Positions 41,938 to 53,151 of a stretch of DNA of 64,000 bases are shown in pieces. The stretch covers positions 9,734,001 through 9,798,000 of the forward strand of contig CM035350.1 in the NCBI GenBank assembly GCA_020137815.1, read 5' to 3'. Numbering within the stretch: position 1 is the first letter of the stretch; each line of letters starts with the position of its first letter. The stretch is from Hormiphora californensis. Lineage: Eukaryota; Animalia; Ctenophora. The translations under genes were made by a program, and so were the position numbers. The notes under the pieces were generated by a model. The model saw only the letters and a list, made by a program, of their open reading frames with translations. It was not told the origin of the DNA and ran no database searches.

Positions 41938-44900
41938 TCAATGAGTTCTATTGTTGACTGCCTCTGGAGAGAGTTCCATCCTGAGGTCGCCCAGTCCCTC
42001 AAGGCCACGCTGGAACACCTCCATCCCTTCTTTAGCTTCAACAGGTCGTCCAGTCACTCGAGATTGCTTTATCCGATACAAACCTGATACAAAGGAGATA
42101 ATCACGACACTGAATAACTTTTCATTAATACTCCGTTTAGTACTGCAGAATGAAACTTAACGAGAACTATATATTTATTACCTATTGCGAGTAGTCTGTT
42201 GTTTTCGTCCAAGTCTCTGACAGCTTCCCGATTGATCAGCTTCATTCTAGCGGATCTGAGTTTAGTTCTTCCCTCTTCTACCAAGGATATTCCAGCATTG
42301 ACTTCCTCAAATCTGTCCACCTCCATACCCGTCTTGATCCTCTTTGCCCCTAGAAGTAGTAGTAGTAGTTGCATATTAGCTGTTAGGTCTCACTTCACAC
42401 CAACTTAATACCCGGGTATATTAAGAAATAAGACTCTTGAGTACTCTGTCCTGTCGGGACCAAAAACAAGTCTAGAAATAAGACTGTGTAGTTTGCTATG
42501 CTGTCCCTGGGGGATCTGGGCAGGATACAAGTCTGGGCAGATAATTATAGTTTTTAGTAAAATGTCTAAACCACAACACTGATTCCCAGCTCACCTTCAG
42601 TGCACAGGATTTCAGCCTCCTTTATATTCTGTAGCCCTGATTTGTTGAACTCTACAGAGGCAAGAAGACTTATCCCATCTCCTAGAATACCACTACCCGC
42701 AGCCGATTTGTTAGCTTTTGAGGAATAGTGATTGCTGTACCTACAAATATGTGTTAGTTAGTTAGTTTGACATATTATAGAACACACACGTTTTATAAGT
42801 CAAGTTACAAGTTCTTACTTGCCAAGTTAGACTGTTTTTCGCGCGCCCCGAATATAAAATAAAATAAAAGAGTTTGTACAAAACAAGTTCTTACGTAGAG
42901 AATCCCTCCTTGTATGCAGCGGATAGACCATCAGTAATGGGAACAGAGGCAACATTTCCAGCGCAGTGGAGCTTCACATACTCCCTGACCACCCGGGTAG
43001 ACCTCCTGTGGTCTAGGACCTTCAAGGCATCCAGGTCAGTGGGTGGTGGCCTGTAGTATAGACACAGCATCACCTCGACCATCCTACCCAGGAGACCAAA
43101 CCTCTGGACCCCACCCAGGGCGGTCATTTTAAAGACTCTGTCCCAATAATCCTCCATTGTCTCATTGGACTGTTGCTCTCCAATGTCACTCGTCTGGTAG
43201 AGGTCCCATTCATCCAGTGTTTTGTTGATTGTGTGTCCATGGACTAGCTGGGGTAGACTCTCCACTAGTTCCTTCAAAGTAGCATACTGCGCCTTATCTA
43301 CTCTCTTCACTGCAGAAAAGATGTTGTAACCAGGAACCGACCGACACAAGTAAACAAATAATCAGAACTCGTTATTTAGGTCACGTGATATCAGCCAATC
43401 AGGGACCAGTATTTCCTGATTCGGCCTAGTATGTACCTGGATCAAGTGCCCTGGCTCCCCGTACAACTGGGTCCATGATGGGTAAATTGTCCAGGAGGTA
43501 GCCGAACAAGACAGAGTATGCTGCTCTAACATCGCTGTAGAATAATGTCATCTTCCCGGATGTCACTTCCCTGGTGATTAATGGCGGTATTTAAAACTTG
43601 ATAATCTCTAATCTCTCATGAAAAGTGTAATTGATCAGTTCGTATTTGCTTGATCAATTATATTCAATGAAGATAGCTACAGAAATCATATATTATCTAC
43701 CTAAACAAGGATCCGGGGGGAGCACCGATATTAATCATATCGTCTGGCAGCTGCTGTTCCCTCTCCTCGTATCGAATATGGGCAACCCCGCTCACTGCAC
43801 TAGCCCTTGGCTCAGCTCTTAGAAAACGGCCTAGAGAACAGAATAATATGTATCATGACGTGGGAACCACGTGACAGAGATATATTATAGAGGTGCTAGA
43901 ACTTTTCCAAGCCATGGAAGCTGCATACGTGATACTCATGCTACAACTTGACAAATAGCACATGTCTTCCAATTACCTCCAATGTCCTTAATGAGATGAG
44001 ATATAGAGTTGGAGAGAAGGTGAATTGAGGAGCCCTCAACGCCAATGGAGGAATCAATGAAATCCTCCAGACTCTGCCCAACGCTCCGAAGGAAGGTCAC
44101 CCTCAGAAGGGTCAGGGGAGAAATGAGGGTGTTATAAATCCTCTGGAACCGAGGGACTTTCTTCACCCCTCGCTCTGAGCCATGCACATATATTGTAAAG
44201 TACTTCACCAGGCAGGGCCAGTTTGCTAGGATATCGGCAAAGGACTTGGCTAGTCCGAGTGAGTGCCTGGGGCAAAGTATTAAAGTCAATGCGAGGTTAT
44301 GTTCTTGCTATTTTTGACCCTTTTCCACAAAAATCTGTCTTCGCTGACCGCAACGAGAAAGACTCGAGCAAGGCAAAATGTTGGATTATGCGAGGGTTAA
44401 CAAAAAACTGTGCATTTTTAGTCAAGTGATATCAAATAAATAATGCAATAGGTACATCTAAAGCTGCTACAGCTGCACTGACCGGTAATTGAGGGCATCA
44501 TTTATCCGATAAAATGAGCTCGTACTGGTATCACCTGGGGCGGTGTTCCGGGAAAATCTCTCACTCTGATGTCCCAGATCCTCATTGGCAAATACCTCTA
44601 CTAGCGACAAAAAGGGGGTATCTGGAGTGCGGCAGGTCTTGAACCAGCACTGCAGGTCATATACTAGGTCCTCCATGCCCCAGTCTGATACAACGTGCAG
44701 GAACTGTGGTTGAGGACGGTGACATGAGGAGGGGGGTTAGGAGGGGGATGAGGAGGGGTTGAGGAGGGGGTGATGAGATAATCAAAATGAGATATGCAAC
44801 AGCTCTTGCAGGATAACTCAAATAGAGAGTTCCATGTCCAAATACCTTACTGTAAGCGTGGTAGATGACATTTTCATTGAATGGTAGGGTCTCAATGAAG

Positions 44901-47900
44901 GGTAGACCCCCCTTGCTCTGGACCTCCTCCTCCAACCCTCTGAACACCTCCAGATCACCGCCAGTACGGTGTGACGTCACATACACTAAGTACTTCATGG
45001 GCAGACCCACGTTGTTCACCGCTTCAGAACACTTCCGGAGGGCAAACCCTGAGTCATATCGTTTGATGCTGTGACTTGCTATCATAATGTTCGCCACTCT
45101 TCCACCGATATCATGCCAAAACCTATAGAAAACTTGTTGAGTAAGAAACAATAGAAAACAAGAGCGTAAACACTGAATATAACATGTTCAGCTCGAGTAG
45201 TAGACCCTACGATCAATCACTTGTTATTATATGCCGACATATGATATGATTCTTAAATCAAACAGATGAGGCCGTGGGAGGTTTCACTGCAAGCGTTATA
45301 CCTTGCATAGATATCTAACGAGCGCTTTCCAAACTCATTGATGAATTCTTCGTAATGTAGAATCCAAAAGTTATTGTTCTCCCCATATAACGGCTTCAAA
45401 ACTTGCTGAAAGATGGTATTGGTTTGAATCTTATCCTAGTTAGGGTTAGGGATAATTGGGTTATGGACCACTATTGGAGAAGATTTTTGGTATAAAAACC
45501 TATGGATCATGGTGTTTCCACTAATATCAACGTGTAAAAACCTCATGATCAATACTCAACAAACCTGTAGTATGTGAGGTGTAATTCCTTTGTTGATCTC
45601 ATAGCGAACTTTACTGCGACCCAATACCACTTGTTTGGCTACTTTAGAGTCCACAAACATGTTCGAAAACAATTCTAAAATAAAACAATACAATAGTATT
45701 ACTTCTTGATTTCTTACTTCTCGTGTAATAGTTAGTGGAGTATTTTTGATTTGATCATGATATTATATACTACAGTCGGACCCCGATTTAGTGGCATCCT
45801 CGGGGGAAAAATCCTGCCACTAAATCGGGGTGCCACTAAATCGGGGTTCAAATAATGTTAATTTCCTACATCGGGGGAAAAAATCCTGCCACTAAATCGG
45901 GGCGCCACTAAATCGGGGCGCCTTAATTAAGTTAATTTCTGTGATGTACTATATCGTCACAATATGTGTTCCCAACTCACCAGCTACATTAGCGGTGTGG
46001 TAAGGGTACCCAGAGTTGGCGACATGCAGGCACCACAAGATCTCAGCCCGCTCCTGAAGGTTTGTCTTGGAGACACTGCTCGCTAGCTGATCTCTACTTC
46101 CCAGCCTTCCCTCTGTTTGGAGAATGGGTATTTTAGTAAGAGAGATAGTTGGGGTACTCTTCTGATCAGGCACAATGGGGGAAACAGTCGTGCCTGAAAC
46201 TTTGGGTCGCCTGACACTGTGTTCGTATGAACAACTCAACTGAAACTCAGGTTCAGGTCACGCGGCTTATTAGTAATATTAGTATTTACCCCTGAGATCT
46301 GAGATTTCAGGGTGTCCTCCACGAACAGTACTAAACTTTTAGATCTCGACTAATTAGGCCTTTTGAGTGTGAAAATTGGAGAGCTCTATCGATTTCGTCC
46401 ACGAACTACAGAATTAGTGTTGGTTTTTTGTGCTTTGAGTAGGGTTTTAGAGAGGGATTAGTTCCATACTAAAACCCCCTCCACGTGGTACAAGTCACGT
46501 GATTTCACGCCCCATTTCACACTGAACCCATTTAAGCCCCACTAACCTAGCACTAAAATTTCGACTAAACATTCTGAGAATTTAGCCAACCCAAAGGCTG
46601 TCTAAATTGAAACTAAATTTTACTATTGTGGAAATGCGTACCCAAAACGACCCCAAAATGACTCAAAATTGCCAAAATGGCCACGTTTGTCTTTGACACA
46701 CATGCTTACATGATGAACTTGAGATATTGAAATTGTTTAAATTGAAAAAATCATTTTAAAGGAACGAGATAAGAGGGAGAGAGAGAATTCCTTATGTACA
46801 TATCCCAGAAATATGAGAGGATGTATGAAAGAGTATAATTAGACAGTACTTCTCAAGATATGTACTAGGGGGCCAAAATGAAATATTATATTGGATAGAA
46901 TTGCCTGTATTATGTTTAACTAGCAAAATCATAGCAAAAGTATCAAAAGTAACTGTAAGTACATACCTATCTCTCTTATAATAGTCTCTCTCTCTCCTTC
47001 TCTTTCATTAGTCATTCCCCTCTCATTCCCCTCTCTCCCAATCTCAGTCCCCCCTCTCATTCTCCCCTCTCATTCCCTCTTCTCTCCCAATCTCATTCCC
47101 ATCTCTCATTCCCCCTCTCATTCCCCCTCCCATTCCCACTATATCCCAATCTCTCACTCCACCGCTCATTATCCCCCTCTCACCCCCTCTCATTCCCCCT
47201 CTAATTCCCCCTCTCATTCTCCCTCTTTCCCAAACTCATTCCCATATCTCATTCTCCATCTCTTAACTCTTTCCCTCCTATCTCCCAATCTCTCATTCCC
47301 GGTTCCCCCTTTCATTATGCCCCTCTCGTTATCCCCCTCTCAGGTGTGGCACTGGCTATTAATTATCGCACATTGAGAATCAAGTGTCCTGATTGGCCAG
47401 TGGATCTCTATCTCAATTCACACATTACGTTCCACGTTATTGTATGTCACGCTGATATCATCACGTGATGGAAAAGAGAGAGTGCCCATTGGGTGTCGCA
47501 TTCTATCACATGTATAACACCTCAGTATCACGTGGGTCGGATCAAGCCCCGAAACATGTTGTTCGTGGACGGTTTTCTAAAGTTTAGCGAAATATTAGTC
47601 GCTCACTAACTTGACTTCTAAATTTCAACACTAAACTGAATTTAGTTTCGTGGAGGACACCCAGGGGTAAATAGCCGTGACCTGAACCTGAGATTCAGGC
47701 ACGACTGTTTTTCCCCACAACTGAATACAATCAGCTAAGGATCAGTAGAGGTAAAGGAAAAAACCGTACCCTTGGGGGGGGGGGGCGAACTGAACAAAAA
47801 GCAAGCTATCTCAAGCAAACCTTTTTTGAAGCTGGTTATAAACTGGTGAGTTTCAAGTTCACTGTGTGCTAGGAGAGCCTCCACACCTTCCTTTCTCACA

Positions 47901-48127
47901 CTGATGTAGCACTGGCAGAACTCGCAGAAGGCTTCCTCCATGGTCCTCCCTCTGGACACCCACCTGGAAAGTAAACAACCAATTAGAACTCGTTATTTAG
48001 GTCACGTGACTGGTTATTAGCCAATCAGGGGCCAGTATTTCATGGTCCTCCCTCTGGACACCCACCACAACTGCTCGTACTGGGACTTCCACCCCGGGTC
48101 ATACACCAACCCTCCACGGGCAGACAT
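41938..48127 (-). CDS. Domesticated hAT-transposase-derived gene with an N-terminal BED-like zinc finger, ~12 exons
   Basis: W..AFCEFC..H..H; AEILWCLHV; LFSNMFVDSKVA...GRSKVRY.I.KGI.P; YRFW; W.CL..YF; LP......ALDP; EDYWDRV..G..RF..L. All are joined by canonical introns. Confidence 0.75.
43331..43425 (-). mobile_element. Family A MITE occupying most of a ~125-bp intron
   Basis: Core sequence lies between the donor near 43436 and the acceptor near 43312. Confidence 0.8.
46178..47717. mobile_element. Non-autonomous DNA element with long imperfect TIRs, in an intron
   Basis: ggggaaacagtcgtgcctgaa / ctcaggttcaggtcacg / gggtgtcctccacgaa are mirrored at 47648-47717; TSD unresolved. Confidence 0.65.
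47964..48065 (-). other. 102-nt intron built from an exon duplication plus a family A MITE core
   Basis: 26-bp direct repeat at 47939-47964 and 48041-48066; GT..AG removal restores the reading frame. Confidence 0.8.
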
Positions 48128-49247
48128 GACGATCTGCAGAGAGTGAGGGGATCATGTGAGAGTGAGGGGATCATGTGTTTAAAATAGTGAGGGGGGGGGG
48201 TAGGGTCATAAACCAACCCTCCACGGGCAGACATGACTCTGCAGAGTGATGTGTTTCAAATAGTGATGGGGGGCAGACATGACACTGCAGAGAGAGTGAG
48301 GGGATCATGTGAGAGTGAGGGGACATGTGTTTCAAATAGTGAGGGGGGATGTGTTTCAAATAGTTGGGGGGATGTTTCAAAAAACCAACCCTCCACGGGC
48401 AGACATGAAACTGCAGAGTGTGAGGGCATCATGTGTTTCAAATAGTGAGGGGGGAGACATGACTGCAGGGTGTGAGGGGATGTGTTTCAAATAGTGAGGG
48501 GAGGGATGTTTCAAATAGTGATGGGGGGAGGGATGTTTCAAATAGTGAGGGAGGAGAGATGTTTCAAATAGTGAGGGGGGATGTTTCAAATAGTTACTAA
48601 TCATATATCATAACTATATATCATAATTGTGGTCTGCAAATAAAAGAAAGATGCGACGTTGCAATTGTCACTGCATGTGAAACTACTAAATTAACAGCGA
48701 GACGGTGGACACGGTTGGTTTAACCCAAGTCACAACAAAAGAAGCAAATTAGAAATCAAGAGAAGTATACTGGGTCAAGCAGGAGAACTACATCAATGTG
48801 TGTAATATAACGTGTGGCCAAGGTTATAAGCTGCTGCCTCAAGAATTATACCGTGTACATGTGTAACATGTCTCTTTTCTTTAGATCTCACTTGACCTCT
48901 GCAGATCGACCTGATGAATATATGCCAAATTAAAGTCACTCAAAAACAGATCAAGTTTAACCACGGGTCAGATAGGCAGCTGATATACTCGACGTGATAA
49001 ACATCTCTCGATATCAGTATCATGACCGACCCCCCTGTTAACCAGATAAAGGAAGCTTGCCAGGTGACAAACACAGATCGGTATAGTAGAGACATTGACC
49101 ATATAGGCAGATAGATAGAGAGAGAGATAGATAGAGTGATATATATAGAGAGAGAGAGAGAGAGAGTCGAGAGAGAAAGAGATAGAGAGGGAGGGAGAGA
49201 GAGAGAGAGAGAACGATAGAGAGGGAGAACGATAGATAGAGAGAACG

Positions 49248-49313
<66 letters not shown>

Positions 49314-49555
49314 AGTGATATGATGTGTACGGAATGGCGATGTAAACTAGAGCTGAGCTTACACAACCCGGGATCTATCTCTCTGTCTCTAGTATCACTA
49401 CAGGCACGTGAATGACTTACTTAGCCGTGTGTGAAACATTTTACAATTCGCCACTTTTCATTACGTATCCCATGGTAGTTGTTGGTTAACTTTTTGAGAC
49501 GTATTTTCCTGATCATCATATCAATTGGTGCGGGGAAGAAGGTAAGGGTTTCCAG

Positions 49556-49664
49556 CAGGAACCGACCGAATCAGGAAATACTGGTCCCTGATTGGCTGAT
49601 AACCAGTCACGTGACCTAAATAACGAGTTCTGATTGGTTGTTTACTTGGTTCGGTCGGTTCCTG
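49556..49664 (+). mobile_element. Family A hAT MITE, intact
   Basis: Perfect TIRs and a perfect 8-bp TSD gtttccag. Confidence 0.95.
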
Positions 49665-50329
49665 GTTTCCAGTATATGCTCTGTAGTTTGTTTGAAACCT
49701 TTTTAAATACAGCACCTCGCAGAGCTGTGCAGCTGATATATGCATCTGCTGGCTGCTTTAATTGTTGTAAACTCTCCAGATAGAATGATCTATTCAACTA
49801 TATTTTACGCTGATTAAATCGCTGGTCGGGGTTCTATATACTATCGCTGTACCATGCAATTCACATACACTACCATACCCAAAAGGAAAGCCTGGCCGGG
49901 AGTGTTCTCCCCTCAGAAACAGGGTCAGGAACCCCCCTCAATCATGATCACGCAATATTTCAACCACGACATGATCATGAGAAGGATTTCAAGTAGGGCA
50001 CTCCCTACACACACGTACTGGGGGAAAGAGTCGCGATACTGAACAGCTCAGATTCAGGCACGACTATTTCCCCCGGATATGATAATTCCATGCTTGTATA
50101 AGCTTGGATGATATATCTATCTCGTGCTAGTAGAAAAACAGCAACTTTCCAGGCTGGTGGAGCATTCTCTGATCCGTGATGCAAACATATTTCTAGCTGG
50201 TCGTATAACCTAGTATTGTGTAGCTGCTACTCAGTGTAGATGTAAGCATTGCCTGCAGATAACAGTTTGACTTTTTGAACCGTCTTCACCCAGGTGTATA
50301 ACTAAGTGGAGCTGAGGGAGTCTCGTCAG

Positions 50330-51536
50330 ATGGAGGTGAGTCATGTGTGTGTGATGGAGGTGAGTCATGTGTGTGTGTTTAGAGCTTGCGTCGCTAAGAT
50401 CAAGAAAAATAGAAGGTGCGGACCCTCAAATGATTGAGGCCTCAATCATTTGGAGACTGCTATTCTTCTTTTAAATAGTACATTTCTTATCAGGGTCATG
50501 ATAACGGAGATGCAGGTTTAGAGGCCTTGGAGAGAGTCCAGGCACTGGAGCACAGGGTAGATGAGATTGAGACTGTCCTGGAAGTAAGGGCCAACCCTCA
50601 GGAACGATCCGGTAGACCAAGAAGCGCTGGATACTCCTTCTTCTCATCGGTCAGTGCAGCTATAATACCATCGTTCTGCAGTATACTGCAATTCTTTGTG
50701 TTTTGTTGAATTGTAAATTTCTTCGTCGCGTAGCAGCCTTGTCCAATTCCTCCAATTCATTTCAGTTCCAAACGGGACTCTGCAACGGTTTCACACTGTG
50801 TCCCTGTTTGTCGAGACAGCACGAGCCGGACTCCCCACCACCGCCAACTATTGTAGCTGAACCCCCACGGGAACCAACCCCTGAACCAAGTGAGCCCTAT
50901 CACGAGGAGCCAGAGGAGCCATCCTATCGGACCGAGGACTATCCAGTTGAGAACTCAGAGCCCTTCCACTCAGAGGAACCCGACCAGAGACCCGGCAAAA
51001 AGAAAGGATTCTTTTCGAAGATGGGCGCTAAGGGGAACAGAAGGAAATCAGAAATGAGGGAGCCTGGACCGGTTCAGCCAGCACCTGCACCTGCACAACA
51101 CCACGAACCTGCACCACAGGAGCAGCGAGGGGGCCAGAGTGTCCCCCGAGGACAGCCAGCCCCAGTTAGGGGTGGGGTGGTGCCGGGTCGGGGTGCTGGA
51201 GGGAGGGGTGGAGCAACCCAGCCTAGAGCAGCAGTGCCAGCAGCTCCGGGGGGAGGGAGAGGAGCAGCCCCAGGTAGAGGGGGAGCAGTGGCACCTGGAG
51301 GGACTAGTAGAGGGGGAGCAGTGGCACCTGGAGGGACTAGCAGAGGTGGTCAGACCCAAGGTCGGGGTGGTCAAACCCAAAGTCGGGGTGGCCAGACCCC
51401 AGGTCGGGGTGGCCAGGCCCAAGGTCGGGGTGCCCAGACCCAAGGTCGGGGTGGTCAGGCCCAAAGAGGAGCTGTTCAGGGTGGTCAGGGTGTTCAGGGA
51501 GGAAGAGCTGTAAACAGAACAGTAGCAGACTACTAA
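50330..51536 (+). CDS. Unknown protein: short coiled coil + Pro/Glu region + RGG-rich tail (3 exons)
   Basis: ATG GAG|gtgagt; exon 50494-50649 (LERVQALEHRVDEIE); exon ~50820-51536 with GRGGQTQ repeats. Confidence 0.65.
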
Positions 51537-51674
51537 ACAATTTTAATTACAGTTCACACAAATTTTTGAAAGAAAGTTGAAGAAGTTTTTAAAATTCCCA
51601 ACCATTGCTAAAGTTTAATTTATCTAGACAACAGAATTATATTATATTTCGTTTTAATAGCCCCCTTTTAACAA

Positions 51675-52599
51675 TCAGTAAACATTCACACACATTGAGC
51701 AGGCTCAATTTAGCTAATCACTGGCGGGGTATGGGGCTGAGGCACTGGCAAGATATAGTGGGATCGCTACTTCCCACATCTCATGTGTATCCCGAATTGC
51801 GAATTTAAAAGGGTTGGGTGGTCTCTGGGACCGTCTAGACTTCGCTCCCTGTTAACATGCCAGAAACCAGGGGTCCATCTAGCTCTCATACGCACTCGGC
51901 CATTACTTTCCCAACCAGTAGTACTGGATTTCACATCCTCTTATACTCGCAATTCAGGATAGAAACAATCCTTGTGTTCTAATAGCGATCACCCCGTATA
52001 TCTTGCACTGACCCGTACTACCACACATTTAGTGTGCTTGAAATGGCACTACGGGAATATCTCCACTACACGGCCAGCACTGTGGGTAGACAGCCACCAT
52101 TCAAGTTCCATCACGGTTGCTAACCGGACAATACATTAGTAGAGGGGGTTGGAACACCAGGAGGAAGATCAGTAAACATTCACACACATTGAGCAGGCTC
52201 AATTTAGCTAATCACTGGCGGGGTATGGGTCAGTGCAAGATATACGGGGTGATCGCTATTAGAACACAAGGATTGTTTCTATCCTGAATTGCGAGTATAA
52301 GAGGATGTGAAATCCAGTACTACTGGTTGGGAAAGTAATGGCCGAGTGCGTATGAGAGCTAGATGGACCCCTGGTTTCTGGCATGTTAACAGGGAGCGAA
52401 GTCTAGACGGTCCCAGAGACCACCCAACCCTTTTAAATTCGCAATTCGGGATACACATGAGATGTGGGAAGTAGCGATCCCACTATATCTTGCCAGTGCC
52501 TCAGCCCCATACCCCGCCAGTGATTAGCTAAATTGAGCCTGCTCAATGTGTGTGAATGTTTACTGATCTTCCTCCTGGTGTTCCAACCCCCTCTACTAA
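51675..52599. mobile_element. 925-bp complex insertion (direct + inverted repeats) with a 12-bp TSD
   Basis: TSD cccttttaacaa at 51663-51674 and 52600-52611; 52227-52567 is the reverse complement of 51674-52014; 62-bp direct repeat at 494-bp spacing. Confidence 0.8.
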
Positions 52600-52657
52600 C
52601 CCTTTTAACAACTTATTTTTAATCCCCTCACTCTTTGCATCTAGCTAGCACACAATC

Positions 52658-52959
52658 ATGGGACGACGATGGTTTAGGAGGAAGAAGAGGGGTCCGGGAG
52701 GTCCTGGAGGTCCAGGTGGACACGGTGGACCTGGAGGACCTGGAGGTCCCGGGGGACCATCCCCACACCACGGGGGGCATCATGAGGGAGGGTGCTTTAG
52801 TGGATTCTGGAGACGGGTAACTAATTAGCAAATATACGATTAACAGATAGTAGGGCAAACTTTAATCCCCTCACAAATAAACTGCCGTAATAACAATTAT
52901 TAATTTTAAATCTTGAATTTCAGATCTGTGTATGCTTCTACTGTTGTCATGCGGAGTGA
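52658..52959 (+). CDS. 64-aa Gly/Pro-rich protein with a Cys-rich C-terminus (CYSTM-like), 2 exons
   Basis: MGRRWFRRKKR(GPG)n..GCFSGFWRR|ICVCFYCCHAE*; phase-0 intron 52817-52923. Confidence 0.7.
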
Positions 52960-53151
52960 AGGTGCTGCGGCAGTTGAGGATTGGTAGAGAGCTATAGGAA
53001 GGACGTTCAGATTTTATATGAATCAGAGTTGGTTGTGTTATTGTTGTGTTTTGTTCAAAGATTTTTTAACGCACTGTAATTTAATTTAGTTAGTTTTCAC
53101 CAAATATTGCAATCCATCCCTCTCTATCTTAGGATGTAAGTTCGTTTAAAG

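Noticed and set aside
51675-52167. Hammerhead, twister, hairpin or HDV ribozyme in the 494-nt unit
   Set aside because: Only partial motif resemblances were found; no complete core could be built by eye.
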